Virus record (IMG/VR): IMGVR_UViG_3300050821_009856
Span: 1-64,000 of that record
Source of the DNA: a virus
Reading direction: 5' to 3' (one strand)
DNA length: 64,000 nt
Shown: in pieces, positions 1 through 9,082 of the stretch
How the letters are laid out: each line of letters begins with the position of its first letter
How positions within the stretch are numbered: position 1 is the first letter of the stretch
The notes under the pieces: generated by a model
What the model saw: only the letters and a program-made list of their open reading frames with translations
The model's database searches: none
Told to the model about the DNA's origin: nothing
Translations under genes and position numbers: made by a program

Positions 1-1288
1 GCGCGTAGCCAGGAAGCTCTTCCGGAGACATCTGGAAAGCAGACAGGATGACCCGGGCGTTCGTATCACTGAGGTACTGGAACTCCATGTCCCGACCAGA
101 GGACTGGTCGATCGGCGACCACGTGATATCGTCTTCCTTGCCGACTCCAAAGACGGGCAGGCGCCAAGCATTCCCAACCGAGTTGATGGAGGCATTGAAC
201 TGCTGCTTGATTCCCATCAACAATGTCTGGTTAACGTCATCCGACTTGATGACCAGCATACCCTTGCTGGCCCGACCCGTCTGGAAGTACATCTTGTTGT
301 GGGTCGTGATGTTGATGTGAGTCGTGATATCGCTGATGGCCGTATCGATCGGCGTCAGCGGGTACCCATCAAGCTCGATGTCTGTGACAGGGTAGAAGTT
401 GTGAACCAGGCACTCGTCAGCCGTGAAGGCCTGCAATGGGCGCCCCTCGACAACTTGGACCCAGCTGAACTCATCGGCCACGTACTTCTCTGGGACAAGC
501 TTCTCGTTCTTGATTTGCTCCAGGAGATGGAGAGCTTCTTCACGGATCTGCTGAGCCGCTTCCTTGTACGGCGCCGCCTGGTAGATGGTACCGGCATCAA
601 TGGGCCGCCAGCTGTGAACGTGCCGCTTGCCATTGACGTCCATGGCCCAAATGACTTCGACCGCGATTCTACCAACGGTCACAGCGTTCCGGCACGTCAT
701 GCCAAGGAACTGTGCGAAGGTCATCCTGTCATCAGGCTTGTGTCCCTCGACGATGCCGCAAGTCAGGAGGAGCTTCGTGGCCCGCTCTACACGGTTCTCG
801 AACTCCTTCTTCTGCTCATCATTCATGCCATCGAGGAGACCCTCTTTGGCTTCAATCTTGAATCCAGTGCTGTGGCGATCTGGCTGAACACGCCCAAAGG
901 ACTGCAGCTGAGCGGCGCGAGCCGTAACGATGGCTGCGACCAAGCTGTCCTGAATGGCGATACGCTTGAGGATGTGGTCAGGCAACAACCGCATCTTCGA
1001 GCGGTACAGACTCGCGTAAACATTGTTCCGTTCCGGGCTAGTCTCGAAAGCCAGGCGCTCGATGGTATGGCCAGGGCCACCATTGAGGAGATTCATCACC
1101 GACTTGACGAGAGTCGGAGGTCCTTCGCCTTCCGCAGCCCTCAGGTCAGTGCTATGGGGATCTGCGAACTCAACGCCGATGTACTTGGAGGGCTTCTCCG
1201 CCTTCTGCATCGGCTGAGGCTGGACAATCGCCTCCAGCAGAGACGCCGCGAAGGGGCTAATCTGAACCTGCTGTTGGCCGAAGGCCAT
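1..1288 (-). CDS. Phage portal protein (partial, runs off left edge)
   Basis: Not in ORF track. Manual translation from ATG 1288 (MAFGQQQVQISPF...) is open to the edge and has portal-like segments RPIDAGTI, GYPLTPID, NKMYFQTG, RDMEFQYL, AFQMSPEEL; lies downstream of terminase. Confidence 0.85.
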   Translation of the reverse strand, partial: MAFGQQQVQISPFAASLLEAIVQPQPMQKAEKPSKYIGVEFADPHSTDLRAAEGEGPPTLVKSVMNLLNGGPGHTIERLAFETSPERNNVYASLYRSKMRLLPDHILKRIAIQDSLVAAIVTARAAQLQSFGRVQPDRHSTGFKIEAKEGLLDGMNDEQKKEFENRVERATKLLLTCGIVEGHKPDDRMTFAQFLGMTCRNAVTVGRIAVEVIWAMDVNGKRHVHSWRPIDAGTIYQAAPYKEAAQQIREEALHLLEQIKNEKLVPEKYVADEFSWVQVVEGRPLQAFTADECLVHNFYPVTDIELDGYPLTPIDTAISDITTHINITTHNKMYFQTGRASKGMLVIKSDDVNQTLLMGIKQQFNASINSVGNAWRLPVFGVGKEDDITWSPIDQSSGRDMEFQYLSDTNARVILSAFQMSPEELPGYA

Positions 1289-1291
1289 TAC

Positions 1292-2281
1292 TCACTCCGC
1301 CGAAAAGACACTAAAGTTGAGGGTCGAAGCCGACTGATTCACGATCGTCACCTTGTAGGTCGGCCCAAACTTCTCCAGCCATCCCATGTTGTTGATGTCC
1401 GCCGGAACAACCGGAATCAAAACGTTGTTCATGGTGGAATCAGCATTCAGCTGTACGACGGCCTGCTGATCTACCTCGACGCGGATCCACCGCTTTACTG
1501 TCGAGTAGAACTGCATACCCGCAGCACCGGGAGTGGCTCCACTTACCGTAGCTAAGGGGAGAGAAGAAATGACTTCGAACCAGGTAGATGTGACCTTGTC
1601 CACAACGAAGGTCTTCTCATCTGCCACAGGGAAGCCAGCACTGATGGTCACACTGTCGGCCGGCTGCACGCCTGCCGCGGTGAAAGCAACGAACTGCGAG
1701 TTGGCGGTGACAGTCTGAGTCTCGGATGCACCACTGAAGCTCGTACCCGGAGCACGAGCCATCTGAATGTGGGTTGACGTCAGGACAGCAAGGACCGTCC
1801 AAAAGCCTTCGTTCTGGCTGTTGAACGGACCAGCCGCATCACCAGTGGTAACACCAGGGATGAAGACAGTGTCGCCGGCAGCAGTTGAGCCAAAGGAGTT
1901 TCCGCTCAAGGTAACGTCAGCTACCTGGTTGGCACCGATACTGAACGTCACAGCGAGAGTGTTAAGAGTCAGGCCGCGGTCGGTCCGAAGAGTCGGGTTC
2001 GTACCACCAGTCCAAGTGAACCGGTACCGAGTCCCAGCATTCAGTGGCGACAAGGTCACCCCAAAAGCTGTAGTACCATCGATCGTCAGCGTCCTGGTGC
2101 CATCGAAAACGACCGTCGACAGACCAAGAGCAAGTGTACCCGGCGGAGAACGACCGGGGTTCGCACAGGGCAGCGCCTGGACGTTCTTCTTCCAGTCAAA
2201 GTACTTCAGGGCCGGATCGTTGTTAGGCGTCGGATCACCGAAGCCGAGTGCCTGTGAAACGATTGTCAGAAAACCTTGCAT
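1292..2281 (-). CDS. Putative virion structural protein
   Basis: 329 aa, T/G/V-rich beta-type composition, between terminase and portal, preceded by AATCTT motif and GGAG RBS. Confidence 0.55.
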   Translation of the reverse strand: MQGFLTIVSQALGFGDPTPNNDPALKYFDWKKNVQALPCANPGRSPPGTLALGLSTVVFDGTRTLTIDGTTAFGVTLSPLNAGTRYRFTWTGGTNPTLRTDRGLTLNTLAVTFSIGANQVADVTLSGNSFGSTAAGDTVFIPGVTTGDAAGPFNSQNEGFWTVLAVLTSTHIQMARAPGTSFSGASETQTVTANSQFVAFTAAGVQPADSVTISAGFPVADEKTFVVDKVTSTWFEVISSLPLATVSGATPGAAGMQFYSTVKRWIRVEVDQQAVVQLNADSTMNNVLIPVVPADINNMGWLEKFGPTYKVTIVNQSASTLNFSVFSAE

Positions 2282-2979
2282 GAGGTGTGCTCCGCCGTCT
2301 GAAGATTGGGGCTAGAAGGAATGCGGGAGAAGACATACCCGCCGGTATGACGATACCTCCCCTTTAGAACGTGAGAGATGTTCTGCGGCCAAAGCCCCAA
2401 CTTTGTGGCCGCCTCCTTCAGGGACTCGTATCTGACACCGTTTTGGTCCCAAAATGGTGGAATCGCATGGAGCTTATTGAGATGAGCCCTAAAGGCAGCC
2501 GAGGACCTTATCCCTGCAGCCACTGCAGCTATCTCTTCCGCAGATCGCTTCTTTCCAAGTTTGCTTTTCGAGATGTTTTCTTTCCACTCGGGCGTTCTAG
2601 TAACTGACCTAAAAAACTCAGACCGCGCCCTCCGGAGATCTGCCGTAGGAATGTATCCAGAGACACCCTCACCGCCATCGGTATCGTTGGTAAGGCGACA
2701 ACCTATCTGTCGAAAATAAGCAATCCAAAATCTCTCGGCCTGACCAAGAATGCCATCGTCATCAAACTCCTGAATGACAACCACCCCATACAACTCCAGC
2801 CCTGCTTTGAGGAGGTTCTTGATCCAACACACCTTCCGACCCCTTCCTTCGTGGCCAGCCAAGGCATTTCTCCACTCAGATCTAGGGCGTTTCAGACCAG
2901 AGCTAGATTTCCCCACATACCGCAATTGCCCATCCCGAGGATCGACCAGGCCGTAAATGAGAAACTTAGCCGAAGTCAT
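2266..2979 (-). CDS. Free-standing GIY-YIG homing endonuclease with NUMOD-type DNA-binding repeats
   Basis: IYGLVDPRDGQLRYVGKS, AERFWI, LTNDTDGGEG, 'WKENISKSKLGKKRS', C-terminal 'YESLKEAATKLGL..ISHVLKGR'; lower GC. Likely start ATG 2979 overlapping terL stop. Confidence 0.85.
   Translation of the reverse strand: MTSAKFLIYGLVDPRDGQLRYVGKSSSGLKRPRSEWRNALAGHEGRGRKVCWIKNLLKAGLELYGVVVIQEFDDDGILGQAERFWIAYFRQIGCRLTNDTDGGEGVSGYIPTADLRRARSEFFRSVTRTPEWKENISKSKLGKKRSAEEIAAVAAGIRSSAAFRAHLNKLHAIPPFWDQNGVRYESLKEAATKLGLWPQNISHVLKGRYRHTGGYVFSRIPSSPNLQTAEHTSCKVF
2299..2308 (-). promoter_or_regulatory. Putative late promoter CAATCTTCAG
   Basis: About 20 nt upstream of ATG 2281; member of the recurring AATCTT family. 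Confidence 0.55.
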
Positions 2980-4954
2980 AAAAAATCTTCCCCCTCTTAC
3001 CTGAAGATTTTCCGGGACGTTGATCTGAATTACCGCCCAGCGCACCCGAAATGTAGTAACTCAAATAATTGTGTACCGTTGGCGGCCGGCCAGGGTCGAA
3101 CTCTGTCGGATCAGTTGGATACGGAGCCGGTTCAGTGTTCTGACCGGGTGCAGCTATCTTAGGCTGCTCTTCACCGGCAAACTGGATACTACCCCGCGGT
3201 GCGAAGAGGTTCATCAATACGTACCGAACAGCATCACACGAGTCATCGTCCGTCTCGTCGGGGACTGCCGTCGGGCGCCCCTCCGAATCCAGCATCCAGT
3301 GGTACTTGGCGATCCTCTTCGACAGGGTCTCACAGCCCTCGTCGTCCTTCAGGATAAAGAAATTCGGAGGAGCCCCAAGAATGGGTGTCATCATGGACCG
3401 GACGACACGGATACCATCGAGGACGGAGTTGGGCTTCTTCTTCCAGTCGGACATCCGGAACCCAGCCTTCCGGAAGTCCTTGATGCTGCCGGGCTGCGCC
3501 GTATCGGCATACCAGAATGGATCCAGGGACTCATGGATGGGCCTACACAGGTCTATCTGCTCACTCGGGGACAGCTCGGGGACCTCCTGGGCGTCAACAA
3601 TGAAGAATAGATTCCCCCAACGAAATCCGACTACATACGCGAAGCAGTGCGTGTACCCAAAGTCCATGCCGCCAAAAAACTCAGCACCTCTGGATTTGGC
3701 AAAGGCAATCAAATCAGCCTTGCCCATCTCCTGCTGCGGCTCGCCCGTCATCAACTCGGCAATCTGCCTAGCCGTCAACATGTGAACGCCCGGATCAAAG
3801 GTCGGATAGACCATGCCCTCACCGGAAGGCTTCCAGTTCAGAAGCTGCGACTTCGCAATGTCAACAATCTTCAAGGACCGGAAGGTTCTCTGAACAGTGC
3901 GAACAGACTTCAGGAGCCTCGACTGAGACTTTTGCTTGGTCGCCAAACGACCGCGGCAGGCAGCAAAGATTTTACAGTTCTTCAAGCAGCCAACGTAGCC
4001 CTCGTCCTTCTCGTAATCCCCCTTCCCCTGTGGCGTCAGCTCGTCGTACTGCTCCTGGCTAATCGCAGCCAGGCGATTCTCGCTGTACCAGATTGGGATC
4101 TTCGGCTCTTCAGGAAGGTGCCTCTTGGGAGGACATGCCGCAGTTACATCGATGATATTCCAGTGCCGAATCTGGATTGGATCCATGTCCGGATTATTGA
4201 CGCTGTCGAGAACGTCCTGGATGGGCCCGCGGGCAAACTTCCGACTGCTAAGCATCAACGTCATCGGCAACTCACGATTGACGTGACCCTCAGAAGGAAT
4301 CATCTTCGCCTCTTCCAACGGAAGCGCAGGGCAGAGGTCCAACTCATCTTCAACCAGCAGAGAGCTGTGGCCAGAGTTCAGCGACTTCAGGGTGGCGACG
4401 AGGATCTCAACCTTGTACCTCTCCTCTGTCCAAAGCGGCTTATCGGCCTCCGCCAGGTCGTGGTGCTGAATAGGGGTCAGACGCCTACCGTCGGATCCAT
4501 TGTACCAACATACCTCGATAGTCCTCTCGTTCCTCGACACCAGATAGTCACGGAGGTAGGGACGCTTCAGGTACTTCTGCATGTAGTACGTCGCCCGCTT
4601 TGCCTGGGCTTCGATGGCTGCCACATGGAAGGGGTTCCGCTTCAGATGGAAGAGAGCCAGCGTCTCAAAGACCGAAGCGACGATGGTCTTGTAGCTGTCT
4701 CGGGCAGCGTACAGCAGAACCTGCATAAACGTATCGTCCTGACCATCGAGGGCTTTCGTGTACAGCTCCCAGAGAAGGTCCATCGGGCAGCTATTCGATG
4801 GCGGATGCTTGACGTCGTCGTCGCAGACAATGCAGTCGGGCAAGTCGAGATCCAGGTAGAACTTCACCCAGTCATGAAGGTGCTCCTTGGTCTGGCAAAT
4901 CGTGAAGACGGCCTGCCGGAGGTTCTCGGCGTCTGTGGGGACGGCGTCACTCAT
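2966..4954 (-). CDS. terL: Terminase large subunit
   Basis: Variant Walker A (YAARDSYKT), Walker B (LLVEDELD), nuclease motifs GGMDFGYTH and DDSCDAVRY; upstream of portal. Likely start MSDAVP at 4954. Confidence 0.85.
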   Translation of the reverse strand: MSDAVPTDAENLRQAVFTICQTKEHLHDWVKFYLDLDLPDCIVCDDDVKHPPSNSCPMDLLWELYTKALDGQDDTFMQVLLYAARDSYKTIVASVFETLALFHLKRNPFHVAAIEAQAKRATYYMQKYLKRPYLRDYLVSRNERTIEVCWYNGSDGRRLTPIQHHDLAEADKPLWTEERYKVEILVATLKSLNSGHSSLLVEDELDLCPALPLEEAKMIPSEGHVNRELPMTLMLSSRKFARGPIQDVLDSVNNPDMDPIQIRHWNIIDVTAACPPKRHLPEEPKIPIWYSENRLAAISQEQYDELTPQGKGDYEKDEGYVGCLKNCKIFAACRGRLATKQKSQSRLLKSVRTVQRTFRSLKIVDIAKSQLLNWKPSGEGMVYPTFDPGVHMLTARQIAELMTGEPQQEMGKADLIAFAKSRGAEFFGGMDFGYTHCFAYVVGFRWGNLFFIVDAQEVPELSPSEQIDLCRPIHESLDPFWYADTAQPGSIKDFRKAGFRMSDWKKKPNSVLDGIRVVRSMMTPILGAPPNFFILKDDEGCETLSKRIAKYHWMLDSEGRPTAVPDETDDDSCDAVRYVLMNLFAPRGSIQFAGEEQPKIAAPGQNTEPAPYPTDPTEFDPGRPPTVHNYLSYYISGALGGNSDQRPGKSSGKRGKIFYDFG
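3001..3010 (-). promoter_or_regulatory. Putative late promoter AAATCTTCAG
   Basis: About 24 nt upstream of the GIY-YIG ATG. Confidence 0.5.
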
Positions 4955-5621
4955 CTTCCCTGGCCTTAGGCGGATTCGCAGCCTGTAGGGCAGCCTGGAG
5001 CGCCTGGTGGGCACTCTCGGGTGGCATCGGCTTCCGCACATCGGGGATAGGCTGCTCCACAACATGGTGGTGCGTGATGTCGCCCTCAACCTTCTGCATG
5101 GAGGGCGGCTTCTGCTGATCGACACCCGTCAGCTTCTGCAGAATCTCGATTATCTGCTTGTACTGGTGAATGTTCTCAATCTGGAAGTGCTTCAGGTACT
5201 TCTCGTCGCCTGTCTGTAAGTACAGCCGAGCTGCATCTCCGAACTTCTTGTTGGCGACCGCCAGGATGTCGGCCATGAACTGTACGGACTCCAAGGTGGC
5301 CTGCTGGTAACGACCACGGCTGGTGGCCAGAAGGTTCTGAATGTACTCGTCGCGAATGGCGTCCCAATCACCTTCGATCCTGGCCGTGACGATCTGTGCC
5401 AAGCTATATCCCTTGTTGAGTCTAACGATCTCTTCACACGTTTTTCCCTGCAGGAACAGCTGGAAAAACTGCTCCTGAAGAGACGGACTCAGGCGTGGCT
5501 GTCCGAGCCTGGAATACAAACGATACGCCGCCAGTTCCCTGGCAATCAGTTTCGACTCAGCGATCTCAATACGCCTTAGGGCGTCTTTTTGACCGTCGAC
5601 TGTTCTTTCCGGAAGATCCAT
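4947..5621 (-). CDS. Putative terminase small subunit
   Basis: Overlaps terL start; HTH-like segment (FLQGKTCEEIVRLNKGYSLAQI) followed by helical region. Confidence 0.45.
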   Translation of the reverse strand: MDLPERTVDGQKDALRRIEIAESKLIARELAAYRLYSRLGQPRLSPSLQEQFFQLFLQGKTCEEIVRLNKGYSLAQIVTARIEGDWDAIRDEYIQNLLATSRGRYQQATLESVQFMADILAVANKKFGDAARLYLQTGDEKYLKHFQIENIHQYKQIIEILQKLTGVDQQKPPSMQKVEGDITHHHVVEQPIPDVRKPMPPESAHQALQAALQAANPPKAREDE

Positions 5622-6064
5622 GGCTTACTCGGCACTAGACGCCCGGCCTCAAAATCAACACCGGTGTACTCCGGACGAGCCTTGGGGACAGTTCGCCGGC
5701 TACCACTGAAGATTACTTGCCCGTCAGACCTGACCAGCACACTGAAGTCATCGCCAAGCATCAGCTGAACAGCCTCTAGAAGACCGTTGAGACGCTCCTG
5801 GAAGTTACCTGGCGGGCCTACCTTGAAGAGCTTGAAGAGCCGCCGGTTCTGCTGGTAGTCGAAGACCACCTCGTAAGACTCTGGCTTGATCTCCACCTGA
5901 GAAGGGAGCAGGTGAGGAGCCGTCAACTCTGCCCAGGCCCAAAGGTTCATCCTCTGTAGCTCATGGACAGCCCCCGTGCGTCGGAAAACGTCCCGGAGAG
6001 CAAGGAGCTGATGAAGGGGCGGATCAGGCCGTGTACCGGGCATGGAGCATGGCCTGCAGGACAT
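5576..6064 (-). CDS. Hypothetical protein
   Basis: Fills gap in a contiguous minus-strand operon; start may be ATG 6043. Confidence 0.55.
   Translation of the reverse strand: MSCRPCSMPGTRPDPPLHQLLALRDVFRRTGAVHELQRMNLWAWAELTAPHLLPSQVEIKPESYEVVFDYQQNRRLFKLFKVGPPGNFQERLNGLLEAVQLMLGDDFSVLVRSDGQVIFSGSRRTVPKARPEYTGVDFEAGRLVPSKPWIFRKEQSTVKKTP
5706..5715 (-). promoter_or_regulatory. Putative late promoter TAATCTTCAG
   Basis: Upstream of the terminase genes. Confidence 0.45.
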
Positions 6065-7010
6065 CTGGTGAGGTTTGGTGGGGAGCCTTAAAGTGCCGGA
6101 CGTACTTCTTTAGAGCGACAGCGATACCGTCAGACTCCTTAACCTTCGGAGCCGCAGTATCTGTCCTGAAGGTTCTGACGCGGGCACGCCCGACATACGC
6201 CCCCTTCTTAGCCTCAATCCAATCCTGTGGACCGCAGAGATCTACGACATACCGATGGTCACGAATGGGCCGGAACTCCAGGGGCTCCTCGGGGGTATCA
6301 GACAGGTGAACGAGGCGACTGCAGAACTCGTCAGTGGCGTACTGCCTGCGATTGGAATAGACGGTACCGCCCGCATCCCGCTCAACAAGCCACAGATACT
6401 TGCTGACGTTCGCGTCGCTGACATTCAGCCACCGCGGCGAGCCTGGGTACCAAACCTTTCCGAACTCCTGGGTCGTATGAATGTGACCGCTGATGACAAA
6501 CTGCTGCGGCAACAAAGCAGGGTCTACGCCGTCTTTAGCGTAAAACCCATTTTCATAGGTCGCCCCAGTCAAAGTCCCATGGCAAATCAGCGTCTGAGTG
6601 CCGGGGAAGGCGTTCGCCGCTGCCACAAACTCCTTTGGATCGAAGTAATACGGCAAGAACAGCTGCCCATCCCACTGCCACGGTTGGTCGACCACCTTGA
6701 CATGAGGAAAATGCTTGTAGGCCATCAAGGCGTGCGTCTTAGATCCGCGGTCAGACGACCGGTCGTGATTGCCGAGCAACATAACAACCGGCTTCTTGAT
6801 GGCATGCAGATACTTCAACCAGAACGCCACGACATCAATATGCATGATGGCGTGAGTATGGTGCTGGTCACCGAGAAAGATGACGCGATCTACCTCTTGA
6901 CCGTCAGGGGTCTTCTCGTTCGCCATCCGGACAACAGCTTCCAAGAGGGCCTCGCCATCTGGGAGGTCCTCTGGGCGAATGTGCGGATCCCCGACGAGCA
7001 GGTCCAGCAT
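6024..7010 (-). CDS. sbcD: SbcD/Mre11-like (gp47-like) recombination nuclease, metallophosphoesterase
   Basis: Motifs GDPH, GDQHH, GNHD, CHG, SGHIH, YPGSP. Confidence 0.8.
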   Translation of the reverse strand: MLDLLVGDPHIRPEDLPDGEALLEAVVRMANEKTPDGQEVDRVIFLGDQHHTHAIMHIDVVAFWLKYLHAIKKPVVMLLGNHDRSSDRGSKTHALMAYKHFPHVKVVDQPWQWDGQLFLPYYFDPKEFVAAANAFPGTQTLICHGTLTGATYENGFYAKDGVDPALLPQQFVISGHIHTTQEFGKVWYPGSPRWLNVSDANVSKYLWLVERDAGGTVYSNRRQYATDEFCSRLVHLSDTPEEPLEFRPIRDHRYVVDLCGPQDWIEAKKGAYVGRARVRTFRTDTAAPKVKESDGIAVALKKYVRHFKAPHQTSPDVLQAMLHARYTA

Positions 7011-7045
7011 CAGTGACACACCCCGATTTTCCATTCAGTTGGCAT

Positions 7046-7279
7046 TCAATCAATCCACTCAATCACAGCCTTATTCCCATGGCCGTGGATTGAAAGCATC
7101 ACATCTGGCGAATGATAAAACGCCATTGATGTCAGCGGACCAAGCCAAGTCAGAGTACAAAACCCGCTTGTGAATACGACCCCTTCGGCTACAACTCCAG
7201 TTCCAGAAACACCACTGACATCTTCTGTCCGACGAAGGACAAAGCGACGCATGAAAGTCTTTGGCTTGCGCCTACTCAC
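7046..7279 (-). CDS. Small phage hypothetical protein
   Basis: 77 aa, RTEDVSGVSGTGVVAEGV motif; overlaps neighbour. Confidence 0.65.
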   Translation of the reverse strand: MSRRKPKTFMRRFVLRRTEDVSGVSGTGVVAEGVVFTSGFCTLTWLGPLTSMAFYHSPDVMLSIHGHGNKAVIEWID

Positions 7280-7607
7280 GGGTCACCATCTTGACAAGCT
7301 CTTCCGGGAGCAACGCGAACTTCGGCCCGTTCGAGATGGAGTAGTGGTACTCACTGCCGAACCAGGCCATCTTCGTCACGTCTGCCTCAACCCAAACGAC
7401 CATCCCCTGGTTGAATCGATCGTTCGGATAGGCCACCTTGAAAGAGACAAGAGCCTTTGCGCTAGCCGTCTTAAATCCAGTCCCCTGGGTCTGGATGGGC
7501 TTGTGTCCGACACTCTCTACCAAGACGGCCACGAAGTGCCCAGGGACGTAAAACTTGTCGTCCCGGTAAATCGTAAAATACCTCAGTGCACCCTCGTTGC
7601 CTTCCAT
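7272..7607 (-). CDS. Hypothetical protein, possibly divergent GroES-like co-chaperonin
   Basis: 111 aa, GGAGG RBS; pattern PGHFVAV..E / flexible loop / FKVAY..FNQGMVVWV / GSEY..GPKFALLPEELVKMV parallels Cpn10 topology. Confidence 0.45.
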   Translation of the reverse strand: MEGNEGALRYFTIYRDDKFYVPGHFVAVLVESVGHKPIQTQGTGFKTASAKALVSFKVAYPNDRFNQGMVVWVEADVTKMAWFGSEYHYSISNGPKFALLPEELVKMVTRE

Positions 7608-7626
7608 CGGAGATCCTCCGAGAAGA

Positions 7627-8727
7627 CTATAGCGAGATACCTCTCAGCCTCAGGAGCTTTCTCTCGATGATCGGCAACCCAGAGACAGCCTCCTGGAGCT
7701 TAAATGACATCTCGGCCTTCTCTACCCGGACATCAGGTCGGTTCTCCTCGGCATCCGGACACCGATCCAGGAAGTTGCCGCGATCCTCATCCTCCCCATG
7801 GGTCACAGGCGTAGAATCCGTAGGCCCCAGAGAAGAAGCCGCCGCCATCAGGTCGGAGATCTCCGAGGGATTCGTCCTGGCAGCAGACTCCACGAACCGA
7901 CCGCGGGCATCCTTGTTGACGCTATCGGCCAACTTCTGGAGGTCGATCACTTCGCCATGCTTCGCCAGGTACTTGTTGGCCCGATAGAGTTTCCTCTTGT
8001 CCTTCGGGTAGAAATGGATGCTGGTCTCACTGTAGGCCTCGATGAAGTTGCCGACCATGCGCTGGACGGCCATGGGTCGGAAGCGGCGGAACTCCCGCAA
8101 CAGAACCTCTGGAGCCTTGAACCTCTTCGGATCCGGGAGGACGAACTTGTCCGCTGCAGATACGAGGCCGTCGAGCCCGACCTGGACCAAATCCATGTAC
8201 GTCAGGTGCGTATGGGCCGCTCTGGCTGGGGCCAAGCTCCAGAACCGTCTGGCCTGGCTGATAGCTAAGGGCGTGTTCAGCACCACGATGTCCTGGCGTG
8301 CTGACTCGATTTGCCGAGACAAGCGAAGAAGTCTTGAACCGGGGCGCCAGCGGTAGAGCTTCATCGCCCAAGCAACGAAATTGTAGTTGAAGTGAAAGCC
8401 CTGGAGAACCTTCATGTCACCCGCGGCAAGGGCGTGACTGATGGGCCCGATACAGACGTCCTGTCGTTCCCGGAAGTAGGGTCGGCTGGTCAGGATGTTG
8501 CCGTTCTCTGTACAGATCTTCTTAAAGAAGGCCTTATAGACCCCCTTCCCCCAGGCATGCTTCAGGAGGACCTGTCGGAACTCCTCTTCCAGATTGTGGA
8601 CTGTCTCTAGCTGCTTCTTCTGAAGCTGCAGGAGCTGTCCGTCGTCGAGCTTGCCATACTTGGCAATGGCCGACTCCAATCGAGTGGCAAAAAGCCGAAA
8701 GTGTTCGTTGTCTACGTCGCCCATCAC
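7627..8727 (-). CDS. Sigma-70-family RNA polymerase sigma factor, C-terminally truncated (no region 4.2 HTH)
   Basis: Region 2-like NTPLAISQARRF, YMDLVQVGLDGLVSAADKF, FRPMAVQRMVG; ends at LSGLPIIERKLLRLRG-like region 4.1 (LQEAVSGLPIIERKLLRLRGISL*). Confidence 0.75.
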   Translation of the reverse strand: MMGDVDNEHFRLFATRLESAIAKYGKLDDGQLLQLQKKQLETVHNLEEEFRQVLLKHAWGKGVYKAFFKKICTENGNILTSRPYFRERQDVCIGPISHALAAGDMKVLQGFHFNYNFVAWAMKLYRWRPGSRLLRLSRQIESARQDIVVLNTPLAISQARRFWSLAPARAAHTHLTYMDLVQVGLDGLVSAADKFVLPDPKRFKAPEVLLREFRRFRPMAVQRMVGNFIEAYSETSIHFYPKDKRKLYRANKYLAKHGEVIDLQKLADSVNKDARGRFVESAARTNPSEISDLMAAASSLGPTDSTPVTHGEDEDRGNFLDRCPDAEENRPDVRVEKAEMSFKLQEAVSGLPIIERKLLRLRGISL

Positions 8728-8732
8728 GCCCC

Positions 8733-9059
8733 CTAGGTGAAACTCGCCCCGAGATCCGCCAGCATCTCTAGCACGTACTCGCCATACTCCGTCTTGGCGT
8801 CGATGTTGACAGCCATCAGACCCGGACCGGTAGCCAGCGTCTCGACCCCCACGTCAAAGTGAAGCTTCGGGCTCTGGACACGCTGACCTATACAGTCTGC
8901 AGGTCCAGCCGCCAGGACTTTGAAGAGCACGTCCCAAACAGCTGACTCGACCACCGACGTCGGTGGTTCCCTGTCGTTCTCAATCTGGTATCGGAGCAAC
9001 CGAGACCGAAACGCCGACATGGCATCAGCTACCACAGCTCCGAAGTCAACCTCTTCCAC
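8733..9059 (-). CDS. Hypothetical protein
   Basis: Fills gap between helicase and sigma; likely GTG start 9059 within track ORF 8733..9194. Confidence 0.5.
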   Translation of the reverse strand: MEEVDFGAVVADAMSAFRSRLLRYQIENDREPPTSVVESAVWDVLFKVLAAGPADCIGQRVQSPKLHFDVGVETLATGPGLMAVNIDAKTEYGEYVLEMLADLGASFT

Positions 9060-9082
9060 GCCACCCACGACCGCCCCCGTAT

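Noticed and set aside
299-1555. Long plus-strand ORF (418 aa) and similar ones at 3647..4969, 21481..22986 and 32577..33899
   Set aside because: Antisense shadows of recognisable genes (portal, terL, exonuclease, regulator), expected from GC-rich codon bias; no motifs or RBS.
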